Assembly (NCBI GenBank): GCA_020434085.1
Contig: JAGRBM010000286.1
Span: forward strand, 1,246 to 65,245
Origin: Chrysiogenia bacterium
Lineage (GTDB): Bacteria; JAGRBM01
DNA: 64,000 bases
Reading direction: 5' to 3'
A program made the position numbers and the translations under genes. Position 1 is the stretch's first letter. Every line of letters starts with the position of its first letter. The notes under the pieces are model-generated. The model was given only the letters and a program-made list of their open reading frames with translations, searched no databases and was not told where the DNA came from. Positions 19,989-30,607 of the stretch are shown here, one piece after another.

Positions 19989-21821
19989 TCAGTCCAAATC
20001 ATAACCATTCATACCGCCTGCATCGCGCCATGCTTTTAATAGCTTGAAATAGGCCACGGGACCCGCGCCGTAGAACCCATCCTTGAGACTCCGCTGATCG
20101 GGTTTCCCCTCGTTGTTATAGTAACCTGGAGTGCATGATTCCAAAAACTTCACGCTCATTTTGCCCAATTTGACGATCTCCGCCACCCATTTTTCCTCGG
20201 CGTCGCGCGTGACTTCGATTCTTCTCTTTCCGTCCCTGAAACAGTGCATGAGAATGTGCGAGATGTGCCTTGATTGCTCGTCCATGTGATGCGGAAAATT
20301 GGCGGTAAATGCGGCCTGCGAGTTATTGAGAAAAAACATGTTCGGGAAACCGTGTGTGGCCATGCCATGGAGCGTCGCCATGCCGTCGGACCACTTTTCC
20401 GTCAGCGTCTGCCCGCCCTTGCCCCGGACCTCAAAACCCGCGCGTCGCGTAAAACTGGTTCCCACCTCAAACCCAGTGGCAAAGATCAGACAATCGAGTC
20501 GATACTCACGACCGTTGGCAACAACGCCGGCTTCCGTCACGCACTCCACACCCTGCCCATTGGTATCCACTAGGTGAACGTTCGGCCGATTGAAAGTGTC
20601 GAGATATTCGTCGTGAAAACATGGACGCTTGCAGAACTGACGATACCAGGGCTTAAGTGAATTCGCCGTTTTCCGGTCATGCACGACCTGATCCACCCGG
20701 TCTCGAATCTGGTTCATCTTCTGAAAGTCTGCAATCTCGACCTTTGCGCTGAGACTCTCTCGCGCCAGTGCACCCGAATTTCCATCGCGAATCATCCTCA
20801 TCAGATTTCCGATGATTTCGGTCCAGCCGTCATTTACAAGGTCTTCTTCCGCGATTCCTCCCGATGTGAGAAGCGTGAAGTTTCGGATCCGCTCCTTCTG
20901 CCAACCGGGCTTCAGGCTGTCGAACCACTTACGGTCGGTCTCACTGTCGTTCCGCGCGTCGATTGATGAAGGCGTCCGCTGAAAGACATAGAGTTCTTTG
21001 GAGGAAGCTCCGAGGTGGGGAACGCACTGCACCGCCGTCGCACCCGTACCGATGATTCCAACCGATTTATCCTTGAGTTTGTGCAGGTTTCCGCCAGCGT
21101 CACCGCCAGTGTAGTCAAAATCCCAGCGGCTTGTGTGGAACGTGTGACCAAGGAATTTTGAAATACCCCTGATTCCCGGCAATTTGGGACGGTTGAGCGG
21201 GCCCGGCGCAAGACACACGAACTTTGCGCGGATTCGATCCGTCCGGTTCGTCTGCAGGATCCACCGCGCTGCTTGCTCATCCCAATCGATCCAAGTCACT
21301 TCCGTCTGCAAGCACGCATTCTTATAGAGATCATACTTTTCCGCAATCGCCTTGCTATGCGCGAGGATCTCGGCAGCCCGTAAGTATTTCCTTGAGGGGA
21401 CGGTTCCTACTTCCTCGATCAGCGGGAGATAGATATACGACTCCACATCGCACGCCGCGCCGGGATAGCGGTTCCAGTACCAAGTGCCCCCGAAATCGCC
21501 ACCCTTTTCAATAATCCGGATGCTGCCCATTCCGGCTTCGCGCAGTCTGGCGCCGAGAATAAGTCCGCTGAACCCGCCGCCGACAATCACCACATCGACT
21601 TCATCGTGGAGCGGCGCGCGCACAAAACCGGGGTCGACATAGGAATCGTCAGCATAGTGTGAGAAATCGCCCGTTACCTCAAGATACTGCTCATTCCCGT
21701 CCTCCCGCAAGCGCTTGTCACGCTCGGCCCTGTACTTTTCTCGAAGCTCGGCGGGGTCGAAGCCCAACTCATCGGCGAGAGTGTGCCGGCCTGGCCTGTC
21801 CGCGTGCGATTGAGAGCTCAC
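19989..21821 (-). CDS. Type I Baeyer-Villiger monooxygenase (610 aa)
   Basis: Two Rossmann folds (VVIVGGGFSG; GIIGTGATAVQ) and the BVMO fingerprint FLGHTFHTSRWD. Confidence 0.85.
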   Translation of the reverse strand: MSSQSHADRPGRHTLADELGFDPAELREKYRAERDKRLREDGNEQYLEVTGDFSHYADDSYVDPGFVRAPLHDEVDVVIVGGGFSGLILGARLREAGMGSIRIIEKGGDFGGTWYWNRYPGAACDVESYIYLPLIEEVGTVPSRKYLRAAEILAHSKAIAEKYDLYKNACLQTEVTWIDWDEQAARWILQTNRTDRIRAKFVCLAPGPLNRPKLPGIRGISKFLGHTFHTSRWDFDYTGGDAGGNLHKLKDKSVGIIGTGATAVQCVPHLGASSKELYVFQRTPSSIDARNDSETDRKWFDSLKPGWQKERIRNFTLLTSGGIAEEDLVNDGWTEIIGNLMRMIRDGNSGALARESLSAKVEIADFQKMNQIRDRVDQVVHDRKTANSLKPWYRQFCKRPCFHDEYLDTFNRPNVHLVDTNGQGVECVTEAGVVANGREYRLDCLIFATGFEVGTSFTRRAGFEVRGKGGQTLTEKWSDGMATLHGMATHGFPNMFFLNNSQAAFTANFPHHMDEQSRHISHILMHCFRDGKRRIEVTRDAEEKWVAEIVKLGKMSVKFLESCTPGYYNNEGKPDQRSLKDGFYGAGPVAYFKLLKAWRDAGGMNGYDLD

Positions 21822-21824
21822 GTG

Positions 21825-23327
21825 TTATCTCGCATTCGTTTCGGAATCAGCCGGAGAAACGTACGCTCGCGCCCGATTCCGTCTGGTGAAACGAATGAAG
21901 CGGTCTTCAATCGGATCCTTCTTCAGCATCGGGATATCGCGATAGTAATCGTGCGTAAGCCTCCAGGGTCTGTGGCTTCCCTGGCGTGGCATGCGATATG
22001 CGGCCCGCCTGACGTAGCCAGACATGATTGAGCCCATCACGGTTTCGGATGTGCGGCACCCCTCGGTATCGATCGGCGTGGCTACCGAGTATTTCTTTTT
22101 ATCCATGTGCCGAAGCAACCGGCAGACATATTCCGCAGCCAGATCTGCACGCAACGTCCACGAGGCGTTGGTGTAGCCAATGACAATTGAAGCATTCGGC
22201 ACACCCTCGATCAAAACGCCCTTGTAGAGCATGGAGTCACCGGCGTGATGCGGCTTGCCGTCCACGACAAGCGTCATTCCGCCCAGGAACTGCAGGTCCA
22301 GGCCGGTGGCACTCACAATGATGTCCGCATGGAGTTCCTTGCCCGATTGCAGCAGAATTCCCTCCTTCGTGAACCTGGCTATCTGGTCGGTCACCACACT
22401 GGCCTTACCGCTGCGCAGAGCCTTGAAAAGATCCCCGCCCGGCATGGCGCAAATCCGCTCGTCCCAAGGATCATAATTGGGAGTAAAGTGCCGTATGTCG
22501 ATCTGCTTGCCGAGCTGGCGCCGCGCCAACGCAAGGATGATACTGCGAGCTTGGTCTGGAAACGCCCGTGAAGCAACGAAGCTCCACCGTTGCAGAGCGA
22601 TGTTCCGCTTTCGCATGATTCGATAAGCAACGCTGTCCGGAAGTAACGTCATCAGGCGGGCTGCCATTGGATCGACTTCAGGCAGCGACATCATGTACGT
22701 AGGCGAACGCTGCAACATCGTGATGTGCTCGGTTTTGTCGGCCATCGCCGGGAGCAGCGTTACCGCCGTTGCACCGCTACCGATGATTACAACGCGCTTG
22801 CCCTCGTAGTCGAGATCCTCCGGCCAATGCTGGGGGTGAATGACTCGCCCCTCGAAGTCCTTCTCACCGGGAAAATCGGGCTTATAGCCTTTGTCGTAGT
22901 TGTAATAACCTGTGCACAGCATGAGGAAGCCGGCGCTCCAGGTTTCCTCTTTGCCGTCATTTTCCCGCTTGGTTCTGATCGTCCAGCACTGATCCAAACT
23001 GTCCCAACAAGCATCGACAACCTTCCTGTCGTAGTGGATCTTTTTGTCAACCCCGTTTTCGACAGCAGTCTCCACGATGTAGCGCTTGATCGACGGGCCA
23101 TCGGCCAGAGTTTTTGGATCTGTCCACGGTCGGAAGTTATAGCCGAACGTAAACATGTCGGAATCCGACCGGATTCCAGGGTACTTGAAAAGATCCCAAG
23201 TTCCGCCCATGGACTCGCGGCGCTCGAGAATCGCAACCGATTTATTGGGACACTCACGCGCCAAGTGACACGCGGCCCCGATGCCTGAAATACCGGCGCC
23301 GACGATCAGGACGTCAAAATCTGGCAT
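21825..23327 (-). CDS. EthA/AlmA-like flavin-binding (Baeyer-Villiger type) monooxygenase
   Basis: N-terminus DVLIVGAGISGIGAACHL...ILERRESMGGTWDLFKYPGIRSDSDMFTFGYNFRPW closely follows the EthA/AlmA pattern; FEGRVIHPQHW fingerprint; 3-nt gap to the upstream gene. Confidence 0.85.
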   Translation of the reverse strand: MPDFDVLIVGAGISGIGAACHLARECPNKSVAILERRESMGGTWDLFKYPGIRSDSDMFTFGYNFRPWTDPKTLADGPSIKRYIVETAVENGVDKKIHYDRKVVDACWDSLDQCWTIRTKRENDGKEETWSAGFLMLCTGYYNYDKGYKPDFPGEKDFEGRVIHPQHWPEDLDYEGKRVVIIGSGATAVTLLPAMADKTEHITMLQRSPTYMMSLPEVDPMAARLMTLLPDSVAYRIMRKRNIALQRWSFVASRAFPDQARSIILALARRQLGKQIDIRHFTPNYDPWDERICAMPGGDLFKALRSGKASVVTDQIARFTKEGILLQSGKELHADIIVSATGLDLQFLGGMTLVVDGKPHHAGDSMLYKGVLIEGVPNASIVIGYTNASWTLRADLAAEYVCRLLRHMDKKKYSVATPIDTEGCRTSETVMGSIMSGYVRRAAYRMPRQGSHRPWRLTHDYYRDIPMLKKDPIEDRFIRFTRRNRARAYVSPADSETNAR

Positions 23328-23360
23328 CTGCCGCCACTCCGGCTTGCGCTCGCAAGCATT

Positions 23361-24152
23361 TCAGGCGACCTTGTACTGTTCAGCGAACCGGGCCTTCCAA
23401 GCCGATACGAGATCATAGCTGTCGTGCTGCCAGGGGTGAAATCCTGGGCGACCATATTCGAGCAGACGCGCTGCAGTCCGTCTCAAAAGTCCCGTACGTC
23501 TATTGAACAAATTTCTTCCAAGGCGGCGCCATGATTTGAAATTCAAGAGCTGGCCGTCAGAACCCATTACATAGATCATTACACCCAAGCCGACCGGGGC
23601 AAATGCCGCAGCAGCGACTGGAACGACCGCCAGGCGGCGCACATCTCCACCGCCGATCGCGCGAAATACGTCGAACGCGACAGCTTTGTGCTCGGTCTCT
23701 TCGATCGCATGCCAGAGCCACATTGAGCGTTGCGACGGGTGGATGTTCTTCTGAATCTCTTCGTTCCTGAGAACCTCCTCGGCCAACGTAGCGGTAAAAT
23801 GCTCGGCCATGCAGGTAAGCGCCAACTGATCCTTCTCGGGCACGTATTTCTTGACCAGGCCAAACGCAACCCCCAACCATTGGTCTAGTCGCTCAATATC
23901 AACTCCCGCTCCCCTCAATCGCCTGTTGTAGTCTACGTGCGCTTTTGTATGCAGCACTTCCTGGCCGATGAACGCTTTGACCTGCTTCTTGAGCACTGGG
24001 TCGGTCACGCGATCACGAAAATTCCGAACCGATTCAATAAAGAAAAGCTCTCCCTCCGGAAACAGCAACGATAGCATATGGAAAAAGTGCGAGGTCGCAG
24101 GGTCGTTATCGAAAAAATAGATCGGGCTATCTTCGATTTCACTCAGGTTCAT
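23361..24152 (-). CDS. Predicted metal-dependent hydrolase (PF10118-like)
   Basis: HFFHMLSLLFPEGELFF and HTKAH / EETEHK His-rich motifs; ATG at 24152. Confidence 0.55.
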   Translation of the reverse strand: MNLSEIEDSPIYFFDNDPATSHFFHMLSLLFPEGELFFIESVRNFRDRVTDPVLKKQVKAFIGQEVLHTKAHVDYNRRLRGAGVDIERLDQWLGVAFGLVKKYVPEKDQLALTCMAEHFTATLAEEVLRNEEIQKNIHPSQRSMWLWHAIEETEHKAVAFDVFRAIGGGDVRRLAVVPVAAAAFAPVGLGVMIYVMGSDGQLLNFKSWRRLGRNLFNRRTGLLRRTAARLLEYGRPGFHPWQHDSYDLVSAWKARFAEQYKVA

Positions 24153-24312
24153 CTTCCGAACTTCGATATCCGCGCCGAAGGGCAAAACTGTTGCCTGCAC
24201 CCCCTTTTTCCGCGATGATCGGGTCGGAACAACGGCTCGGCCACTTACATCATTTTTATGCGATGTCACCACGAAGTTTGATTGCATGTGATACACCTTA
24301 TCGAATTATTGC

Positions 24313-25590
24313 TCAGCCCTTCGCGGTTGCAATGGGGCCGCCCCAAACCGCCCGACGGTCCTGTTTTGCGAGCCATCGATTGATGATCGAGCCGACACCG
24401 CCGAAGATGTCATTGCCGAAGACGTCTCTCTCCCGCATCTCCATATCTTCGCTCAGTTCTCCAAGCCCCAGCAACGTGTAATCCCGGAAGCCTTCGTACT
24501 TTTCGGGCTCCAGCACGCGCACCCATCGGTTGAACAGGATGTTTGCGCCCATCAGAAACTCCGTACGTTCGAATGGGAGTTTGAACCCGGAGTTTTCTGC
24601 AAGGCGTGACACTTTCGAAAGAGTCTTTCCAAAGAAAGCAAATGTGTCGTATCCCAGCGTTTCGAACAGCGGTTTGAACTCAAGAATCAGCGGGGCGATT
24701 GGAACAAACATCATGGCGCGCGCCCACTTGTACCGTGCGCTGTGCGTAACATGGTGCGGAATATTGCCGAGCTTCGCGTAGGTCTGCGGGAACGCCGAAT
24801 GACGCGATTCGTCCATATGAAATCCTCGCATAATATGGCGCAGGCCTGGCTGGTTCTCGAGGAATCCGAAAATGCTCGTGGCGAATCCTTCCAGAACGAC
24901 ATTCATCCCGAACAGCTTGTGGTAATAATCCTTGCGAGCGATCGTCTCAAGCAGCGCCTTGCCGGCACCGCTCATCGGATAAATCCGGTCCAACGATTTG
25001 CACATTTCCCGCAGCGTGAAGAAGTGCTTGGCCTCTTCCATTACCTGCATTGCCATGCCGAGTTTTGCACCGGTGCCCTGGACCACCGGCATCAACGTCG
25101 CCGAGGTAAAGAGCGCGTATGCTTCGCCGTGGGTGATGAAGGATACAAGGCGCATCAGGGCTTCCCGCTGCTCTGGGCTGTGGGCCTCCTGAAACTCCCT
25201 TCGAACTTCCTCGGATGTGGCAATCCCAACCGACTCCTTGATTTCCTCGGTGAGGACCACGGGATCGAGACCGCTGGCCGCTGCAGTCACAGCGCCCCCT
25301 TTGCGGGCCACGTAGTCGGCCTTTGACGCATCGTGGATGTTCAGATACGGCGCAATCAGCTCCGCCTTCCAGATATGTGCAAGGGCCTTTTCATAGTTGC
25401 GCTGGGTAAGCAGTTCCATCTCCCCGCCATAGAAGGTCGCCGTGGTATCATCGTATCGATTGGCCATGTGCTTGGGATTGTCCGCCCATCGCCGGAACTG
25501 CGCATCCAAGAAGCGCTCATTCAGGACCTGGATACCCTGGATTCCGTATTTAAAAGCCGCGTCTGCTCGCTGTTGAGTCATGATTTCCAT
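24313..25590 (-). CDS. Ferritin-like diiron-carboxylate protein, paralog 1 (425 aa)
   Basis: Two E...ExxH sites (HGEAYALF...MEEAKHF; LEGFATSIF...MDESRHSAF); ATG at 25590 with a GAGGGA RBS. Confidence 0.7.
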   Translation of the reverse strand: MEIMTQQRADAAFKYGIQGIQVLNERFLDAQFRRWADNPKHMANRYDDTTATFYGGEMELLTQRNYEKALAHIWKAELIAPYLNIHDASKADYVARKGGAVTAAASGLDPVVLTEEIKESVGIATSEEVRREFQEAHSPEQREALMRLVSFITHGEAYALFTSATLMPVVQGTGAKLGMAMQVMEEAKHFFTLREMCKSLDRIYPMSGAGKALLETIARKDYYHKLFGMNVVLEGFATSIFGFLENQPGLRHIMRGFHMDESRHSAFPQTYAKLGNIPHHVTHSARYKWARAMMFVPIAPLILEFKPLFETLGYDTFAFFGKTLSKVSRLAENSGFKLPFERTEFLMGANILFNRWVRVLEPEKYEGFRDYTLLGLGELSEDMEMRERDVFGNDIFGGVGSIINRWLAKQDRRAVWGGPIATAKG

Positions 25591-25767
25591 AATTTCCCTC
25601 GTGCACAGATTTTTTTAGGTTTTATTGAAGTGGGGGGGCATCCGGATCTGCCCGCCGGAGCCCGACAGCCGTGTCGCACTCATGATCAAAACACTATTAC
25701 AAAACAGGCAATCAAGTCAAATAATTATTGCAACCCATTGATATTATTAACAAAAATAGTATAGTTA

Positions 25768-25796
25768 TTGCTATGCTTTAAAATGATGCTATAAAT
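25768..25796 (+). promoter_or_regulatory. Candidate sigma70-like promoter (TTGCTA-N16-TATAAAT) for diiron paralog 2
   Basis: Hexamers in an AT-rich divergent intergenic region, about 80 nt upstream of the ATG at 25879. Confidence 0.35.
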
Positions 25797-25803
25797 CGAC
25801 CAT

Positions 25804-25821
25804 AAGCTGAAGCGTCAGCTT
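25804..25821. promoter_or_regulatory. Inverted repeat AAGCTGA-N4-TCAGCTT (candidate operator)
   Basis: Perfect 7-bp arms read directly; lies between the putative -10 and the start codon of 25879..27018. Confidence 0.4.
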
Positions 25822-25878
25822 ACTTCGGTGCGCCGGTTGGGCGATGGCCAGCGGAAAACAAATGCGCGAAAGGGACAA

Positions 25879-27018
25879 ATGAACATGGAACGATATCTGG
25901 AAGAAAAACGTGTATCTTATGGAAACTTCGACGGCATCGAATGGAATGACCTGACCGAGGTCAAGAAAATGCGGGAGTCGACCCGCATCACCACTCCCTT
26001 GGATATCAACTGGACTTGGGACTACGTCGGGCAGGTCGAGGAACTCCGTCGCCTCTATGATATATCGAAACGCCGCATGTGGGATGCGGAACGAGATCTG
26101 GACTGGAGCGAACCGATCGACCGCTCCAAACAGTGGGGCCAACACCCCAAGACCAGTCCCATAGCGCAACTCTTACAGATGCGCGGCGCCGGCGAGGACG
26201 AAATTCGAGAAGCGACCTGGGAGAGTTTTGAATATACGTGTTCGCAGTTGCTTCATGGCGAACAGGCTGCTCTTGAGATCTGCGGGCAGCTTACCGCTGC
26301 CTGTCCGGATGTCGACATGAAATTTTTTGCCGGATCGCAGGTTTTCGACGAAGTCCGCCATATGGAGGTCTTTGCGAAATTCCTGCAGCGAAAACTCGGT
26401 AAAATCCACCCTCTGGATCCCAATGTGAAATTCCTGCTCGAAGAAATCATGAAGGCCGATTGCTGGGAGAAGAAGACTCTCGGGATGCAGACGCTCTTTG
26501 AAGGAATGGCCCTCGGCGTAATGGATATGATGAAGAACGCGAGCGATGTCCCGCTCTTCGATGAACTGATCACCCGCGTAATCCTCGACGAATCGCGCCA
26601 CGCTGCATTCGGAATCATCTCGATGAAGAGGGTCATGGAATCGTGCGAAACATCGCCCGAGATGAAAGCCGATCTGGAGGATTGGGCCTTCAACATCCTC
26701 GAGTGCCTGAATGCAGGCCAGTACTATGGCGTCATATCCGCTTTGGGGCCGAAGTACGGCATCGATGCACACAATGTGTCGGCCATGATGTACGCCTCGA
26801 CCGACGCGCTTGAAGCCAAAAGTGTGATCTACACCCATGCCGTAATCCCCCACCTCAAAAAACTCGGCCTGATTACCGAACGCACTGAAGAAAAGTATCG
26901 CGATGCGGGATTGATCAAGGATATCACAAAGGTGGGGACCTACTCCGTCACTACGGAGAATGCCTGGGACCAAGCACCCGTGTTGCCGATGGCCAACTCC
27001 GTCGCGGCCAAAAACTGA
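25879..27018 (+). CDS. Ferritin-like diiron-carboxylate protein, paralog 2 (380 aa)
   Basis: LHGEQAAL...FDEVRHMEVF and EGMALGV...LDESRHAAFG diiron motifs; ATG at 25879. Confidence 0.7.
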   Translation: MNMERYLEEKRVSYGNFDGIEWNDLTEVKKMRESTRITTPLDINWTWDYVGQVEELRRLYDISKRRMWDAERDLDWSEPIDRSKQWGQHPKTSPIAQLLQMRGAGEDEIREATWESFEYTCSQLLHGEQAALEICGQLTAACPDVDMKFFAGSQVFDEVRHMEVFAKFLQRKLGKIHPLDPNVKFLLEEIMKADCWEKKTLGMQTLFEGMALGVMDMMKNASDVPLFDELITRVILDESRHAAFGIISMKRVMESCETSPEMKADLEDWAFNILECLNAGQYYGVISALGPKYGIDAHNVSAMMYASTDALEAKSVIYTHAVIPHLKKLGLITERTEEKYRDAGLIKDITKVGTYSVTTENAWDQAPVLPMANSVAAKN

Positions 27019-27182
27019 ACGGAAGGCACTGGAATATCCTGACAGCCGTTTACGGGGAGCACTGGTGGCTCCCCGTAAACGGCCTGCATGCGCCGCTGCC
27101 GTGGGAGTGACGAGTCCCTTTCCCGAAAAGCTCTTGCGACTTCGGAGAGCTTTCTGTTCTGCACAGCAACCAGAGGCCAACC

Positions 27183-28334
27183 ATGTTTGAAGATTTTTTT
27201 GAGAAGTATTTCGATGACACTCACCGACAATTTCGCGCGACGTGTAAGAAGTTTGCCGAAAAAGAGATCGCGCCGAATGCCTACCAATGGGAGGAAGCTG
27301 AACAGTTTGATCGTGAGCTCTATAGAAAGGCCGCAAACGCCGGGATTCTCGGCATTTCATTCCCCGAGCAATACGGCGGTGGTGGCGGGGATATCTTTCA
27401 CAGTATTTGCATGAGCGAGGAGCTGATTCGCGGAGGCTCCACTGGGACCGTGGTCGGCTTGGGCTCGCTGGGGATTGGTCTTCCGCCCATTCTGGACCTC
27501 GGAACGGAAGAGCAGAAAACAAAGTACATTCCTTCCGTCATGAGGGGGGACAAAATCGCGGCCCTGGCAATCACAGAGCCTGGTGCGGGCAGCGACGTGG
27601 CGGGCGTATCTACCAGTGCGACACGTAACGGAGATCACTATATCGTCAACGGCACCAAGATATTCATTACTTCGGGCGTCCGCGCCGATGTGGTGAGTGT
27701 TCTGACCCGCACGGGTTCCGATCCGCACGGCGGTCTCACGTTCTTTGTGATGGAACGGGGAATGCCGGGTTTCAGTGTGTCGCGCGCACTCAAGAAGACT
27801 GGCTGGAGAGCATCGGACACAGCCGAGCTCTCCTTCGACAATGTACGGGTGCCGGTCGCGAACCGACTCGGTCCTGAAGGAAGCGGCTTCCTGACGCTGA
27901 TGAAAAACTTCCAGAACGAGCGCCTCGGACTTGCAATTCAGGGATACGTTATCGCCGAGATATGTCTCGAGGAAGCGATCCGGTATGCCCGGGAGCGTCA
28001 GGCATTCGGGAAAGCGCTGAGCAGATTTCAGGTCACGCGGCACAAACTTGCCGACATGGCGACCAAGGTTTTTACGGCCAAGACCGCGGCCTACGAATGC
28101 GCGTCGCGTGTAAAGAGCGGCCAGTATCTTGTGAAAGAAATGTCCATGGCGAAGAATTACGCCGCACAAATCGCACAAGAAGTCTCGTACGAAGCGGTCC
28201 AGATTTTCGGAGGCAGTGGATATATGAGAGAAACGCTGGTGGAACGCTTGTCGCGGGATGCCCGATTGCTGCCAATCGGCGGTGGAACCCAGGAAATCAT
28301 GAATGAAATAATTGCCAAAATGATGCAGATCTGA
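27183..28334 (+). CDS. Acyl-CoA dehydrogenase
   Basis: 383 aa; ACAD N/M/C domain order; FGGSGYMRE C-terminal motif; catalytic-base region IGGGTQEI. Confidence 0.9.
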   Translation: MFEDFFEKYFDDTHRQFRATCKKFAEKEIAPNAYQWEEAEQFDRELYRKAANAGILGISFPEQYGGGGGDIFHSICMSEELIRGGSTGTVVGLGSLGIGLPPILDLGTEEQKTKYIPSVMRGDKIAALAITEPGAGSDVAGVSTSATRNGDHYIVNGTKIFITSGVRADVVSVLTRTGSDPHGGLTFFVMERGMPGFSVSRALKKTGWRASDTAELSFDNVRVPVANRLGPEGSGFLTLMKNFQNERLGLAIQGYVIAEICLEEAIRYARERQAFGKALSRFQVTRHKLADMATKVFTAKTAAYECASRVKSGQYLVKEMSMAKNYAAQIAQEVSYEAVQIFGGSGYMRETLVERLSRDARLLPIGGGTQEIMNEIIAKMMQI

Positions 28335-28564
28335 GACCGGAATCAGCAAGGTGAAAGCCCGCCGGTTTCGCGGAACGGATCGTGAGTAATAGCCCGGCGT
28401 GTTTCCCTGACATGCGCGATTCCAACATACTGGCGGCGCGTGGCCAGCAACCTGAGGTCGCATCCCCGAGAGTGTTGGGTAGTACCGCCGTTTTTCACCG
28501 AAACCGTTTACCGCCCGTCACATCCATTTTGGGGCGATTCGATACTTCCGCGCTGGCGGACATC

Positions 28565-30115
28565 CTATTCGAAGTGGTAATGGCTCAACGGAAAATGCCT
28601 GCTTCGCCAGAGCATTTCGTAGCTCGACGCCGGTCGAAGGAATGGAGCGTCCCCATGACGATCGAAGTAGTAGCTGTTGGCGCCGCCGCAATTGTTGTTA
28701 AAAAACACCGTGTTCTTCTGACGCTTCAGCGTCATCTCAAAGTGCTTGTCGTGAGCGTCCTGCTTGATCTCGACACGGGTAGCGTTCTTCCTGCGCGCTT
28801 CCCGAATACAGCGAAGCGCGTGGGTCGTCTGGGCTTCCACCATCGCAAACCAGGATGACCCCGAAAAGGAATATGGGCCCAGAATCAGAAAGTAGTTGGG
28901 AAATCCCGGGACGGAAGTCCCCTCGTATGCCTGGTAGCGATTCTCAGCCCAGAATCCGCCCAAATTCATGCCGCTGCGTCCGGTCACATCGTAGGAAGGC
29001 AAATTTCCCTTTTCGAACGTCCTGTATCCGGTTGCCGCAATCAGAACATCGATCGCTCGCTCCGTCCCGTCGGCCGTAACAATCCCATTCTTGGTGATCC
29101 TTTTGATCGGCGTGGTTATGAGCCCCACGTTTTCACGCCCAAACGTGCGGAAATAGTCGTTGGAGAAAGACGGCCGCTTGCACCCGAAGCCGTAATGTGG
29201 AATCAGCTTCGCCCACAAGTCCGGACGATTGGGAAGCTGCCGCTTGATATTCCGAATGCCGGCGACTTCGGCCCGTTTGACGATACCCGGCATCTGCCTG
29301 TTGTACACGACGCCAGTGACCATCACGAGCTCGGTTCCCAGGTCCGTGGCGATTCGAAGTCCCCGCTGAATCATCGGAACACGACGGAAAAGCAGTTTTA
29401 TCCAGTTCGGAATCTCCCTGTCGGGTTTAGGAAGTACCCAGATTGGAGTGCGCTGATAGACATCCAGATGCTGCACCTTCGGGGCAATTTCCGGCAATAA
29501 TTGGACCGCAGTAGCCCCCGTGCCGATCACCGCTACCCGTTTCCCCTCCAACTTGAAACTGTGGTCCCATTTCGCCGTATGAATCAGCTTGCCCTCGAAA
29601 GAGTCGATGCCTTCAATGTCGGGCAGCTTGGGGTGGATTAATCCCCCGGTGGCTGAGATAATGTAGCGTGCGGTAAGCTCTTCCCCATCGTTTACGCGAA
29701 CCCGCCACAAGTTACATGCTTCATCGAAAGTTGCCGACTCCACACTGGTGCTGAACCGCATCTTCTCACGAACGCCGTATTTGCGGGCACAATGCTGGGC
29801 ATAGGCTTGCAGCTCCCGGCCCGGTGCAAACACACGAGACCAGTTGGGGTTGGGTTCAAAGGAGTAGGAATACGTAAACGAGGTGATATCGACGGCGATC
29901 CCGGGATAAGAATTGTCCCGCCATGTACCTCCAAGATCACCAGCACGCTCGAGAATGATGTAAGGACCGATGCCTGCCTTGTTCAGCTTAATTCCGGCGC
30001 CGATGCCAGAAAAGCCCGAGCCGATTATGATCACTTCATAATCAGGCCGGGGTGACGGCGATATCGAGACGTCATTCCGGCCATTGGACCCTACCGATGC
30101 GGACGCAAATCCCAT
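28565..30115 (-). CDS. Type I Baeyer-Villiger monooxygenase (516 aa)
   Basis: VIIIGSGFSGIG Rossmann fold, GGTWRDNSYPG, BVMO fingerprint FEGKLIHTAKWD. Confidence 0.85.
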   Translation of the reverse strand: MGFASASVGSNGRNDVSISPSPRPDYEVIIIGSGFSGIGAGIKLNKAGIGPYIILERAGDLGGTWRDNSYPGIAVDITSFTYSYSFEPNPNWSRVFAPGRELQAYAQHCARKYGVREKMRFSTSVESATFDEACNLWRVRVNDGEELTARYIISATGGLIHPKLPDIEGIDSFEGKLIHTAKWDHSFKLEGKRVAVIGTGATAVQLLPEIAPKVQHLDVYQRTPIWVLPKPDREIPNWIKLLFRRVPMIQRGLRIATDLGTELVMVTGVVYNRQMPGIVKRAEVAGIRNIKRQLPNRPDLWAKLIPHYGFGCKRPSFSNDYFRTFGRENVGLITTPIKRITKNGIVTADGTERAIDVLIAATGYRTFEKGNLPSYDVTGRSGMNLGGFWAENRYQAYEGTSVPGFPNYFLILGPYSFSGSSWFAMVEAQTTHALRCIREARRKNATRVEIKQDAHDKHFEMTLKRQKNTVFFNNNCGGANSYYFDRHGDAPFLRPASSYEMLWRSRHFPLSHYHFE

Positions 30116-30163
30116 TTCATCACCTCCAACAGTATCTTCCTTCCCATCTGTTCCGGCGTAAAC

Positions 30164-30607
30164 CTACTTTTTCTTCGGATCCCGAATCAGCAAAGTACCT
30201 TGCGCCGCACAAACCAACCGCCCCTCATTGGAAACCTCGCCCCTTACCACTGCTGTCGTCTTTGTCATCGCGATGACTTCCGCGCTGCCATCGAGAGTCC
30301 CCGTCTTCACCGGCGCAAGATAATTCAATTTGAATTCAGTCGTCGCGGCCCACTGGCCGGGTGCCATCAGCGGATAGAGTACGACTCCAAGAATATGATC
30401 CATGTAACCAGCGAGTACGCCACCATGCATGTTTCCAATAGGCGTTAGCAGCTCCTTCCGCACTGGAAGCACGGCCTTGAGCGTACCGGGGCCGAGTTCC
30501 GTCACTTCGCATCCAAGAAATTTTGGCAGCCCGGTCATGGCGTTATTGGCCGCCATAATCCCCTTGGCTATTTGTGCGTTGAATTTCTCTGAAAAGTCTG
30601 CCTTCAC
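30164..30607 (-). CDS. PaaI-type hot-dog thioesterase
   Basis: 147 aa; NMHGGVLAGYMDHILG motif typical of PaaI/4HBT thioesterases. Confidence 0.8.
   Translation of the reverse strand: MKADFSEKFNAQIAKGIMAANNAMTGLPKFLGCEVTELGPGTLKAVLPVRKELLTPIGNMHGGVLAGYMDHILGVVLYPLMAPGQWAATTEFKLNYLAPVKTGTLDGSAEVIAMTKTTAVVRGEVSNEGRLVCAAQGTLLIRDPKKK

Noticed and set aside
26173-27522. 449-aa minus-strand ORF
   Set aside because: It is antisense to diiron paralog 2, which carries clear diiron motifs. It has no recognisable domain.
27357-28463. 368-aa minus-strand ORF
   Set aside because: It is antisense to the well-supported acyl-CoA dehydrogenase gene at 27183-28334.
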